From positions 493,966 to 548,452 of the forward strand of contig NMRA01000258.1 of assembly GCA_002633005.1 (NCBI GenBank): 54,487 nt of DNA, in the 5' to 3' direction. This DNA comes from Phoronis australis (Eukaryota > Animalia > Phoronida). A program made the translations under genes and the position numbers. The notes under the pieces were generated by a model. It searched no databases. It was not told the origin of the DNA and was given only the letters and a program-made list of their open reading frames with translations. Every line of letters begins with the position of its first letter. Position 1 is the first letter of the stretch. Positions 1 to 11,900 of this stretch are shown piece after piece.

Positions 1-170
1 AACTCGGCATAAGTAAAAGAAAACGTTTGAATCAACGAATACTATATATTTGTGAGAGTTAAATCAAATCCTATTCAGATCATAACTTTGAAGTGGAATG
101 ATTGGGTGAGTACGACAACAAGCCGGTTTTATGCTTAGGCGGACGACCATTGGGTTCCCGAGTATATATA

Positions 171-788
171 TACTAAAAGGTAAGACACTCCGGACTAGAA
201 ATTCCACGGGTGCTTCACTTCAGCCGTCCATAGCAAACACAAAACTCTATGAATTTAGATAAAACGGGTTCAACAAACCATGAGGAATTGTTCTTTCTGC
301 CCATACCATTTACTGTGTCCTGCTCCAGCAAGTTCACAACAAATTTGCGGTCAAAGCACAAAAATCTTCTCAAAAAATCGCAGCACACTAGCAATATGCT
401 TCACGCGGTCAAGGTCAAGTAGGGTACAGAATAATCCGATGAGTTACGAATCGACGGCAATTGCTGGTACACCACGGAAGGTTACGAAAATTAGTCTGGC
501 TAAGTGGAGTTATTGATGTCGTGACCTTCCGTGACAAACCGGCAATTTCTGTGTAGCATATTGCTGGTGTGCAGTGACTTTTTAGGAAGAGTTTTGTGCT
601 TTAACCATGAATTTGTTGCAAACTCGGTGGAGCTGGACACTGTAAATGGTATTGGGAGAAAGAACAATATTCCTCATGGTTTGTTGAACCTTTGTTTTTT
701 GAAAATTTATTGAGTTTTGTGTTTGCTATGGACGGCTGAAGTGAAGCACCCGTGGAATTTCTAGTCCGGAGTGTCATACCTTGTAGTA
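171..788. mobile_element. Long-TIR MITE / foldback element (TA-flanked, Tc1/mariner-like)
   Basis: ~171-404 is the imperfect reverse complement of ~551-788 (e.g. gacactccggactagaaattccacgggtgcttcacttcagccgtccatagcaaacacaaaactc matches exactly); TA-rich flanks. Confidence 0.8.
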
Positions 789-1202
789 TATTATATAGTG
801 TATTGGGGACCATCAGAAGCTGAGGACGCCTGTGGTTATCTGCAGGAGCCTGACTGAGCTAAATTTTGATTGAAAATATAGTGTACTACAGACAGAGAAT
901 TAAAATTTGTCCATTTTTGATGTTCTTTGACCCTTTTCTCTTGCAATAAATTAGATTCAGCCCTGTTACTGATGCCCACATGCCAAAAATCGTCCTTTAA
1001 AAGCTCCATTTTTGGCCAAGGTCAGAACTGCAGGTGACCCATAAATAGAATTTGCATATTTAAGACAAAAATGAAAGGGGGATAATTGCATTAAATGTCA
1101 GTTTATTCATATCCTATCTAGATAACTGTTTCCATACATATTGTTTAGTATGTGCTTTATTTTAGCAATCAAAAGGTGAATCAGATTGAGCATTCCCATT
1201 CT

Positions 1203-1876
1203 TAGGCGTTACATCGCCCTGGATGCTGCAAACATACAGGCATTACAGGGGCGATAGTACATCCCCACAAAAAGTTACAAATTTAAACCAAATGAACCAT
1301 GCATCTATGCACATGGAGTTATAATTCACATACCATATGTCTGGAGACGATTCAGTCAAGATTAATTTGATCAAATCAATGAAAATCTGTCACGGTTTGC
1401 TCGAGTTTCTCTTGCCGGGTGCCATTTTGAGGAAATTAGTGAAATCATGCATGTTGACGTATAAAAAGTCAAAGGGACACAAATTTTACAAATGTCACCT
1501 GATACCTTTCCACTTTATCGCGCACGTGGTTAAAAAGTTAACGATGAGTTGGAATTCTTTGCCAAAGTTACCTTAATTTTCTTAGCTATACTTCATTGAA
1601 GATATGTGTAGAAGTAGAAAAGACCGCTGAAGAAAGTAATTGCTTTTTTAAGTGATAGTTTTAAGTGTGGAATGTATTTTTGATGAGGTGAAAACTCTTA
1701 ATCGGTGACTGGATTTGGCATACTGCCCGTTTAAAATACACGGGACGAAATTCTTACAGAAAGCGATGGGAAGTATTGTAGCCCCTAACCTGCCAACCGA
1801 GGGGCTACGTGTTGCCTATCCCGTTTTAGGCCCATTGCCTGTATGCCCTCAGTGTTCACAGGCGATGCTATGCCTA
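1203..1876. mobile_element. Degenerate inverted-repeat-bounded element
   Basis: taggcgttacatcgccc...catacaggca (~1203-1242) versus its degenerate reverse complement at ~1836-1876; the upstream flank resembles ~41150-41400 in inverse orientation. Confidence 0.35.
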
Positions 1877-2831
1877 TCTTTGAGTTAGTTGGTGCTACTG
1901 TCTATGAGCCCAGCAGGAAGAGTTCCTACAAACTGATTCGGCTGTTTAAAGTCAAGTGCACCATAAGTTAACCTTCGAGTATAGAAGTATATACGTCTCG
2001 AGAGGCTGTTTATGACTCTTTAGGTCTTTCCAACTGGAACAAATTCTTCAGGTACCAAGATTTCTTTCAAGCATGTCACTTGGTTCGTCACCAAAATTGT
2101 GAGCTAGCTATTTTTGTTGTGATTGTACTGGCATTGTGCATGTCTGTTAGTCATGTTAATTTTTTAATCATATTGACGTCGATCTCCATGACTCCAAGAA
2201 ACATGAGCCATTCGATAACACGCTTATTACCATGGTGTTCCAGATGCATCTCTAGTGCTTGAAACTACTCTTGCTGTGCTATTCTCATCAATGTCAGTGT
2301 GTTTTGTCACGAATGAAGAGACATATCTTAATTACTGGTTTGAGTGGAAGGAGTTTTAAGACCTCAACAGCCTCCAAATGTGTCCCTCTGTTCTCGAAAT
2401 GTTCTTTTAGCAGTCTGAGTTGTTGATAATTAGCTAGTCTGAAGCGTAATCTAAAAGCTTCCATCCTATAGAGAGGGCCTGTGTCATGACCACCTTCTGT
2501 TAACCACTTAATTCACTGTCTCAGTTGAGATTGTATTGCTGTTTATCACCAAGTCAGAGAACAGTTGTTGTCACATGTGCTGGCAGTGGTACTGGTTTTC
2601 CTAAAATTCAAAAGTTTTTGAATAAATTTGCAGTGTTCCACCTGCGCTATTGTTAAGGCTGTGTTAGTTCAATATAGTCTGTAGGCCTGTAATGTTGTAA
2701 AATATCCATAACAATCGGGTCGTTCACTTAAGGAAGAATACTCGTAGTCACCGTGAGATCCACATTACATATTAAAATGAGAGAGCGTTGCTTATAATGT
2801 CACTAGTAGACTCTATTTCTCTTTATTTTAG

Positions 2832-2950
2832 ACCGTAACCCCACCCCACCAGCCTCTGAGGTCATCAGTGACTTAATAAATGCTGACAAAGTGGGCGACA
2901 CTGTCTACAGTAAACACTGGCTGTTTACCACCCTTATGAAACTCATCAAG
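2832..2950 (+). CDS. SAAL1: SAAL1 exon (D)RNPTPP...GDTVYSKHWLFTTLMKLIK
   Basis: ttttag acceptor, phase-1 start; gtttgt donor at 2951. Confidence 0.9.
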
Positions 2951-5900
2951 GTTTGTGAGACTACAAAGAATTTTGTATGGAAAACATGCGAGTTTAAGCT
3001 CAGCAGTGATGACAATATTATTAATTTAGTTGTCGGAATATTTACATTTTTACGCCATCTTGTGACATGTTGCTGAAGAACATTCTGTTTCTTGAAGGGG
3101 AATGTTGCCTTTAAAGCATTTTGGTTAATTTGGCATTTTTACTTGATACACTAAAATCTATTTTGAATCTTGATTGTTGATTTTTGTGAAAACGATATTA
3201 TCAATTTTTGTGAAGGTGCTAATAAGTTGGTACAATGCAAATACTCTGTGTTTGGTTAGATAAATCACTCTTAGTTTGTTTGTAAGTTTTAAGTTAAATT
3301 TTTAAAAACTTTAAACAGAAATTTAAGTCACTTTTCATGAAACAGACCAGAGTTACATTTTCAGGCATTAGGCTGGTAACAGTATAGTACTGTGTTGTGT
3401 TTCAGGAAGTTGAACGGCAGTCTGAGGGCAAAGAGTTCTTGGAGAGTGACGAAGTAGTGGACATCAGTGAAGAGCTACAGAATGAACTGTGTGAACTGTG
3501 GGATATGTCAATGAACACGGTAGGTGTGGATGAACAGGGTAGGTGGGATGTGTCAATGAACATGGTAGGTAGGATATGTGGATGAACACGGTAGGTGGGA
3601 TATCAAAGGCAGATCTACAGGGGGGTCAGGGGGTTCAAACTTCCCCTCGGGACAGATCAAGAATACAAATTCAAAAGACTGTCGCCAGGAAAACAAAAAT
3701 CAGCTACTAAAAACTGAAAAAATCTTACACGAGAGGAGGGAAACCTCTTCCCGACCTTCCCTCCGCTCGGCGCTATGCGCCTCTAGATTCGCACGAATCC
3801 TGAACTCCCCTTACTGAAAACGTAGATCTGCTACTGGGTATGTAGATGAACACGGTAGGTGGGATTTGTGGATGAAAACGGTAAGGGGCATATTGGGACG
3901 AACACAGTAGTGGGGATACGTGGACGAACCTGACAAGTGTGTGAGAGAGGGTTGGTAGGTTGTAGGATTTGTGGGTGAATATGGTTTGTGGATTGTAAGG
4001 GTTTTATATATTTTGAAGGTAATAATTTAATATGTAGTTGATGATGATGAACAGTGCACTTACATGTTTCCTTCTTGCGCAGGACGTTGCCCTACTGCTG
4101 CATGAGTTCAAGACTATAGACCTGTTGACAGGAGTCATTGCGAAGACCAGAGCCCCCCGGGTGACAGTGAGTACAGAAGTCCTTGAGATGTTGAGTTGTG
4201 AAGCATGTAATTCAGTGATGTGAAGAGATATTATGTTTTAACACTAAACTGCTTCACAACCCGTGTAAACACAATGACCATCGTTGTAATCATTCAGTAG
4301 CCAATGTCCCAAAGTACAACAACAGCACTTAAGTTCCATTATGACTTTAGCATGCTGCTGTTCTGGTCATTGTTTCATACATTTACATATTGGTTGTTCT
4401 ATTGGTAGCAAAGTTTTACTGCTCTGTATTTGGGTGATATTTATTTGTGGTCACCAAGAAATTCACAGTGTTATGTTTGTCCAACTCTAATCAATAATTC
4501 TTGATATTTTAAAAAGCAGGTTAGTTATAAAACATGTTTGCTTTACTTCACGAAGGAAAAAACAGTCCTATTGCGATACCGGATACGTTGTTGACGCTGA
4601 ATGATCTGTAACTGACCACTACGGATCCGAAGTGAACAGTGATGATCCACAAGTTTTATGTTTAAAATTACTTGTGAACTTTTGTTCCTGATGCTTTCAG
4701 TTTATTTTTACAATGGTTTTCCTTGTTTAGTTTTTGTAGACCTTCTCTTCAGTATCTACTTCGTTATTTAGTTTGACTGTATGTTGTCAACAGTTTTGTA
4801 TAATAGTCAAAAGAACACTGCTATGTGTGTCAAGCACTCACTGTATGGTACTGTCTCTTATTTTATTACGGATGACACCTGCATTAAGTATTGTTTGTGG
4901 TTTCAGGAAATTGCAGTAGGCACTTTGGGTAACATGGCCTGCAATGACTCCATTTGTGTTGATATGGCAAGCAAAGACAAGTTTATGTGAGTCAGATTTA
5001 AGGATGCTATAAAACGCTTATTGTCAAAACGTTTGATTAAGGCTACTTCCTGTTTGTAAAGCTGGACGGTCCTAACATTGAAATGATGATTATCACTTAT
5101 CAGCAGCCTGGTTTTACTCGAGAGCCTAGGTTTTGAGCCTACTTGCCTGGGCTCTTTGTTGGGGCACTGGGGTGATTTCTGGGACACATGGTCAAATGTG
5201 GGTAGTGCCTGGCGGTCGTCTAGCTCCACCTGATGGCTGTCACGTGAGAGGAGGCATTGGTAAATGGCGAGTAAAATCTTGCCACTGATAGGTAGTAATC
5301 ATTATTTCAACACAATGTAATGGCGCCAGTTATGAGTGTTCATTCCATTGGTCTTAACATGTTCTTTCCACTGGTCTTAACATGTTCATTCCACTGGTCT
5401 TAACATGTTCATTCCACTGGTCTTAACATGTTCATTCCACTGGTCTTAACATGTTCATTCCACTGGTCTTAACATGTTCATTCCACTGGTCTTAACATGT
5501 TCATTCCACTGGTCTTAACATGTTCATTCCACTGGTCCTAACATGTTCATTCCACTGGTCTCATCACGTTCCTCCCAGTGATCTTAACATTTTTCTTACT
5601 CAGATTAGAAGTGATTTGTGAGCTTGGGAAGAAGGATCAACACAGACATTTCAGGCACCAAATATGGTCCCAAGGACACCTTATCTTTACTCAGCTGGTT
5701 ATTTTATGTACTAGTAATGGTGGTTGCAAGTCATAACCGACTTCTTCTCAAACCCATATCCAATTGCTTGTAGTCTCTGTAACTAAGTACTTGAAACGAG
5801 TTTTGTAATTAAACTGAACTATCTACGAATTAAATGAAAACTTAGCTTTTTGACAGAAGGCAGGTTAACGTTAAAACATGGTTAATGTTAAATATTGCAG

Positions 5901-8900
5901 TAACATGCATTTGTTTGAAGGTAGCTTTAGTATTTCCTTGCATGCTACATGATGATCTTGTCTCATGACCTATTAGTTGGAATCTTTAAAGACTTTTATC
6001 CAGAGCCGATGTCACAGTTCTGTGTGGGATGCCTTCTAAGTCTGGTTGTTGTTTTTTTGTGATGAGTCAGTCATTTCAACTGTCGTGCGAACCAGTGTAC
6101 CTGCACTCACTGATTGCAGAAGGTCACATGCTTGTGTGCCAAGCGTGCCACAAATCTTTTGAGACACAAAACTTTTAGACCGAGTCATGTGTAAGAGGTT
6201 AACGAAACTTCCCTTTGGCAAGCGAACTGTTTTTTATGCATCGTGTAATAAATTTTACAGCTATTAGGCTATTTGGTGGTGCCATCTTGTGGTTTGATGT
6301 CGCACTTTTAGGTTCACTGAGCTAATCTATATCAACCCCAAAAAGTTTGAGACATCAGGAATTTCGTCAGGATGTTTCTTTCACTAGGAAAAACAAATAG
6401 TAGGCGTTCACATGAACTGCTAATTCAGGTTTAGAACCAGGGAGTTAAATTTATGTCACTCACTTGGCCTGCAAGAGCTATTAATAATGGAATGGAATGT
6501 GCTGCTTGCTGGTTGGATGCAGAAGAATTTAATTTATCTGCTTATAAATATGATGCAGGGAAAGTTATAGTCCTGTCTTGTCCTGGGGTAAAAATTCTCC
6601 AGTTTGGGACAGTGAAAAATTATTTTGCTCTAGGTCGGAGCTTGTCCCAAATTCTAGAAATATGTAATATTGGCCGTCCCAAATTCAAAAATCACCTGAA
6701 AGACCGCAAAATTACCCAATGTTTAGAGTGAAATCACATAGCTTGAAATTTGAGAAATATGGTGAACGCCAAAATCGCCCTTGTTCCAAATTTCAGAATC
6801 AAGAAAATTAATTCGTGTGGGAGTTTCCATGTCACAAATTCTGGAGAGTATACCAAATTGAAGATTTTTTCCCAAGTGCGTGAAATAATAAAAGGCTAAC
6901 TTACGTTGATTGAAATCGTAAATATTTGAATACTAACAGTATATTCTGCACAGCACAGAAAAGAACATAAATTTGCTTGTGATTTTCATCCATCTCTTTA
7001 CTAGTGTGTTTGTTTTGTGTTGTCACACCAGGCAGGGATTAGTAATCATTTACTAAACTGACCACCGCAAACTGATTTCTGTGCCCAGTGTATTTTTTGA
7101 AAATTAAAGTGAACTAATTGTTTATGATAAAAGCAAGTCTGAATAAATTGCAGCAAGCAAGTACAACTTTAAGGATTACTTGTTGACAAGTTAAAAAAAT
7201 ACAAGTGCCACTTTAAGAATGACTTATTTACCAGGTCAAAATGTTACTGCCTCATGCTCTTTGTATCTGTACATTACAGTCAGCTGGTTCTACTGCTTCT
7301 GGAGAACGACGACACACCCATCCTAGTGGAGACGACCAGACTTCTGTATACATGTCTTTGTTGTGAGCGAGCTCGGACTTCTTGGATCAACGCTATCAAG
7401 GCAAGAGACACTGTCTTCATCAATGTACAGTTTATACTTCAGAGTTCAACGAACAGTAAGCATGTTTGCATTAATTGGTTTGCTTATAGACTGTGGGTTT
7501 CATTATTTCATTGCTGGTTATTTTTTATCATAACCCACGTTTCGTTCGCTGTAACTTGAATTGGTTAAACACGACTATTGCTGCTGTGAATTACAACTCT
7601 GATTTTTAGCAACAAGTGTCAAGTACTCATAGGGGGCGCTTTTGTTCTGAAAATTCTTTGGAGAGACTTATCGTAAGATGATCTCCTGCCAGCTTGAATA
7701 CTTCTTGGCTGTTCATCTCATGGCAGTTACTTTGTTGGCAGTTACTTGATTGCAGTAATTACTGTAATCCATAGAATCATGCTTCTACGAGAAAAAATTT
7801 TAATCATAATTACTGAGATTACATGTTTATTTTATTTCAGATGATTTATTAAAAAATGCGGCTGAACTTGTGGACAAGTTGTTGGATGTTGATGATGAAA
7901 TGTGCTCAATGTGGGCCTCAGAGGAGCTCGTCATGGCGGTGTTGGAGGCCATGACCCAGCTGGGGTGAGACATAACTTGAGAAGTGTTGCTTGAAGCTGC
8001 AGACTGCTGCAGATTGAGAAGTGTTTCCTAAAGCTGCAGAGTGCTTTTTGATATGTTGCTTTGGAAAATAGGGTTGTGGACTCCATTCAGACGGTTGATC
8101 CGCCAAAAAAGAGTGCGAATGCGTTGGGTTCAAAAATTCCGATCCCAAATATCATTTTTAAATAATGGATGAGGAGTTGGAATACACTTTTTTAAGGACA
8201 AGAACAGTGAAATTGGTGACGGTGCAGGTCTTTTGAGTGACAAATTCTCGCAGTCCATTTCAAAATCCAAAAGTTAATTGTGCCGAGAATAATGTACTCT
8301 CGACAAGTAAATCGACGAACCCTAAAATGCATCCAATTGTAAAGATATTAAAGGAAATATTCAACAAAAATGCACTCAAAAGTCGAAGTAATATCAATAA
8401 TATATTATTGTTTTCCATTTTTGAAAAATATGTTTGGAGAAACTATTGTATAATCGGAAATTAATTAAAAATACTCACCAAGATAACAACGTGTTGAGAG
8501 TATTGATTATGCTAAAATTTGGCCGCAGGCAAGTTACACAAGTTTTACTGATAAAAATCAAATAACTAAATCAATATAATATAAGTTACTTTTTATTATT
8601 GACAGCTTTTAACAAACAAATGCAGAAAACAACTGGAAAGTACTTGAAGATGTTTTTACTCAGAATTTGAGGTTACTGACATCATTTCAGAAAATTTTTG
8701 AAAAATTGTCTGGGTCTCCTGTTTTAAAGGTCAGGGTTCGTGTTTTTCAGATTGGATTAGCTGTTTTGAGGGTGCGGGAGTCTGTCTTCGACTCCAGAAT
8801 ATCTGTTTTACAGCGGTATTTCAACTTTGGTGGAACACCTTGATATTTTCATATCTACTTTAAAGTACTAATTGTGCACAACAAACCATCAACAGCATTG

Positions 8901-11900
8901 ACTACCCACAATTCATTGTTTCTTGCTGGCTGAAGAGAAACCGAAGTAGTTTGGTGATACGTCTGCTTTCAGAATTCAACTTGTTCTTGTTATATCTTAC
9001 AGATAATACTTTATGTGAATTAGAAATAGGGACAAACTGGTACTATGTTTTCCTTTTTGCAGGTCTGGTAATGGTGACTAACCTACTAATTGTATTTTAG
9101 GCAAAAGCCCGGTGACGCTCTTGGTACATCGCTTCATATTTTACAACTGTTGTCTACTTCAGAAAAAGGTGTCGAGGTCATTGGTATGTGTTGATACTTT
9201 TGTTAAGTTAGGGATTTGAGGGAGGTGTAGTTGGTCACTAGTCAGTTGGGGGAGGTGTCATTGGCCATTTGTCATTTGAGGGAGGTATAGTTGGTCACTA
9301 GTCAGTTGGGGGAGGTGTCATTGGTCATTTGTCATTTGGGGGAGGTATAGTTGGTCACTAGTCAGTTGGTGGAGGTGTCATTGGTCACTTGTCATTTGCG
9401 GGAGGTGTAGTTGGTCACTAGTCAGTTGGGGGAGGTGTCATTGGCCATTTGTCATTTGAGGGAGGTATAGTTGGTCACTAGTCAGTTGGGGGAGGTGTCA
9501 TTGGTCATTTGTCATTTGGGGGAGGTATAGTTGGTCACTAGTCAGTTGGTGGAGGTGTCATTGGTCACTTGTCATTTGCGGGAGGTGTAGTTGGTCACTA
9601 GTCAGTTGGGGGAGGTGTCATTGGCCATTTGTCATTTGAGGGAGGTATAGTTGGTCACTAGTCAGTTGGGGGAGGTGTCATTGGTCATTTGTCATTTGGG
9701 GGAGGTATAGTTGGTCACTAGTCAGTTGGTGGAGGTGTCATTGGTCACTTGTCATTTGCGGGAGGTGTAGTTGGTCACTAGTCAGTTGGGGGAGGTGTCA
9801 TTGGCCATTTGTCATTTGAGGGAGGTATAGTTGGTCACTAGTCAGTTGGGGGAGGTGTCATTGGTCATTTGTCATTTGGGGGAGGTATAGTTGGTCACTA
9901 GTCAGTTGGTGGAGGTGTCATTGGTCACTTGTCATTTGCGGGAGGTGTAGTTGGTCACTAGTCAGTTGGGGGAGGTGTCATTGGCCATTTGTCATTTGAG
10001 GGAGGTATAGTTGGTCACTAGTCAGTTGGGGGAGGTGTCATTGGTCATTTGTCATTTGGGGGAGGTATAGTTGGTCACTAGTCAGTTGGTGGAGGTGTCA
10101 TTGGTCACTTGTCATTTGCGGGAGGTGTAGTTGGTCACTAGTCAGTTGGGGGAGGTGTCATTGGCCATTTGTCATTTGAGGGAGGTATAGTTGGTCACTA
10201 NTGTAGTAGGTCACTAGTCAGTTGGGGGAGGTGTCATTGGTCATTTGTCATTTGGGGGAGGTGTAGTTGGTCACTAGTCAGTTGGTGGAGGTGTCATTGG
10301 TCACTTGTCATTTGAGGGAGGTGTAGTTGGTCACTAGTCATTTGGGGGCGTGTAGTTGGTCACTAGTCATTTGAGGGAGTTGTAGTTGGTCACTAGTCAT
10401 TTTATGGGCTTAACCAGTGTTTTTTATTGATTTCGTTTTTAAACAGTAAGTAGACTAGAATTTCAGCTTTGATATTTCTCTTCTAGTGAACGAATGTGAC
10501 CGCGTGATGCCGCCTCTTAAAAACTTTCTGGAAAGTATGTGTGAGGACGAGATCGTGGCCATCGGTGGTTGTGAATCATGGATGGGGTCAGCACTGTCTG
10601 TGTTGCACGTGATCTTCTCATCAGTGGAGGCAGGGGTTCAGCTGTTGTTTGAGGGTAGGTGTAAACATTGTGCGGGCATCGGGCTCTATGGGGTAGTAAA
10701 GCCTAACGTGAAATACAGTCGTGACGAGAATGTGTGCACAACATCAGTGACATCCAGTGCACCTTATAATTACCGTACTTGTCGGTTCTAGTTTCTGGAG
10801 GTGTGCACTGTCAATGGTTTTACTGTGTCGTGTGCATAGCCAGGACCCTCGATCCCTTGAAATTGGGGCCAAAAATAGGCGCCATTCCGCTCTCAAAAAT
10901 ATTAAAAAATCATGCAAATTTTCCGCATTGTGTCAAAAAATTGTTCTCTAAACAATTAAAAAAATTCCCTTGTAGTTTTATTCTCAGACAACCTTAAAAA
11001 GATATTCAAGAAACACTGACTTTAATCACGAGGCCGCCAAACTCCGGAAATGTCACAAACTGGTTTGAATTCCTTATAAAGAAAGTGCCGCATACAGAAG
11101 TGCTAGAACCAGTTTTGTATTATTTCATTCTCGTGCATTGAAAACACAAAACAAAAATACAGCTTCCATTCGTCTGCGGCTCAAAATGGAACACAAACAA
11201 GTTCTACAAGAGAAGAATTAAGAAAAGCCATACGACAGAGCATAGAAACTTACAGGAAAGTGTGTTTTCACTGATGAACTTGCTGTGCACTCCTCTCAGA
11301 CAGCATCTCAAGCAGACCACAGCTAGCTCAACAGGATTACTCAGTGACAGTGTGGCCAACAACACTGTCACGGTCAGTGTCTGCTAAAACCAGTTAAGCA
11401 TTGCTCTTCTTGTCTGTTCACTGACGTGGAAGAAGGACTGAGTGGTCAAATTTAAGGAAATGTAACACTATACATTGTTGTGAGAGATTAAAAAGATTGT
11501 TTAGGCGAAACCCTTTCATTATTGTGCCAGCAAAGTGGGTTCTGTAGCACAAGGTGGGGTGGGGTTGGGATCTGTTCCTTACAAACATTATGTAACTATC
11601 TTTGTCTTTAAGCTGTTTGTAGTGGCATATTTAGTAGGCCTATGTGTTTTTTATTGTTATTTTCCCTGATGGGTATTTGCTGACAAATCCATTGTTCTGT
11701 GCTTGTTTGAAAATGAACTGCAGTCTTGGTATTGCCTCCATAAGCCAAACAGTGTCACAACGCAATACATTTCATGTGGATGTCGAAGGCGTGGCTAGGT
11801 GGATGTATTAGCTATGTGACAACAGGTCGTCTTCATTCACTCTTGTACAAATAAGTGTTGGATGTAACAGTACTTTTCCTTTTGTTGTTGAACTTAAAGT

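Noticed and set aside
98-111. ATGATTGG|GTGAGT as SAAL1 first exon
   Set aside because: It ends in phase 2, but the 2832 exon needs phase 1, and the phase-1 frame has a TGA.
5337-5590. 23-bp repeats as a CRISPR array
   Set aside because: Head-to-tail units with no spacers, in a eukaryotic intron, with no cas genes.
6587-6700. Similarity to ~32571-32690 as a conserved element
   Set aside because: Looks like two decayed copies of a dispersed repeat with no definable ends.
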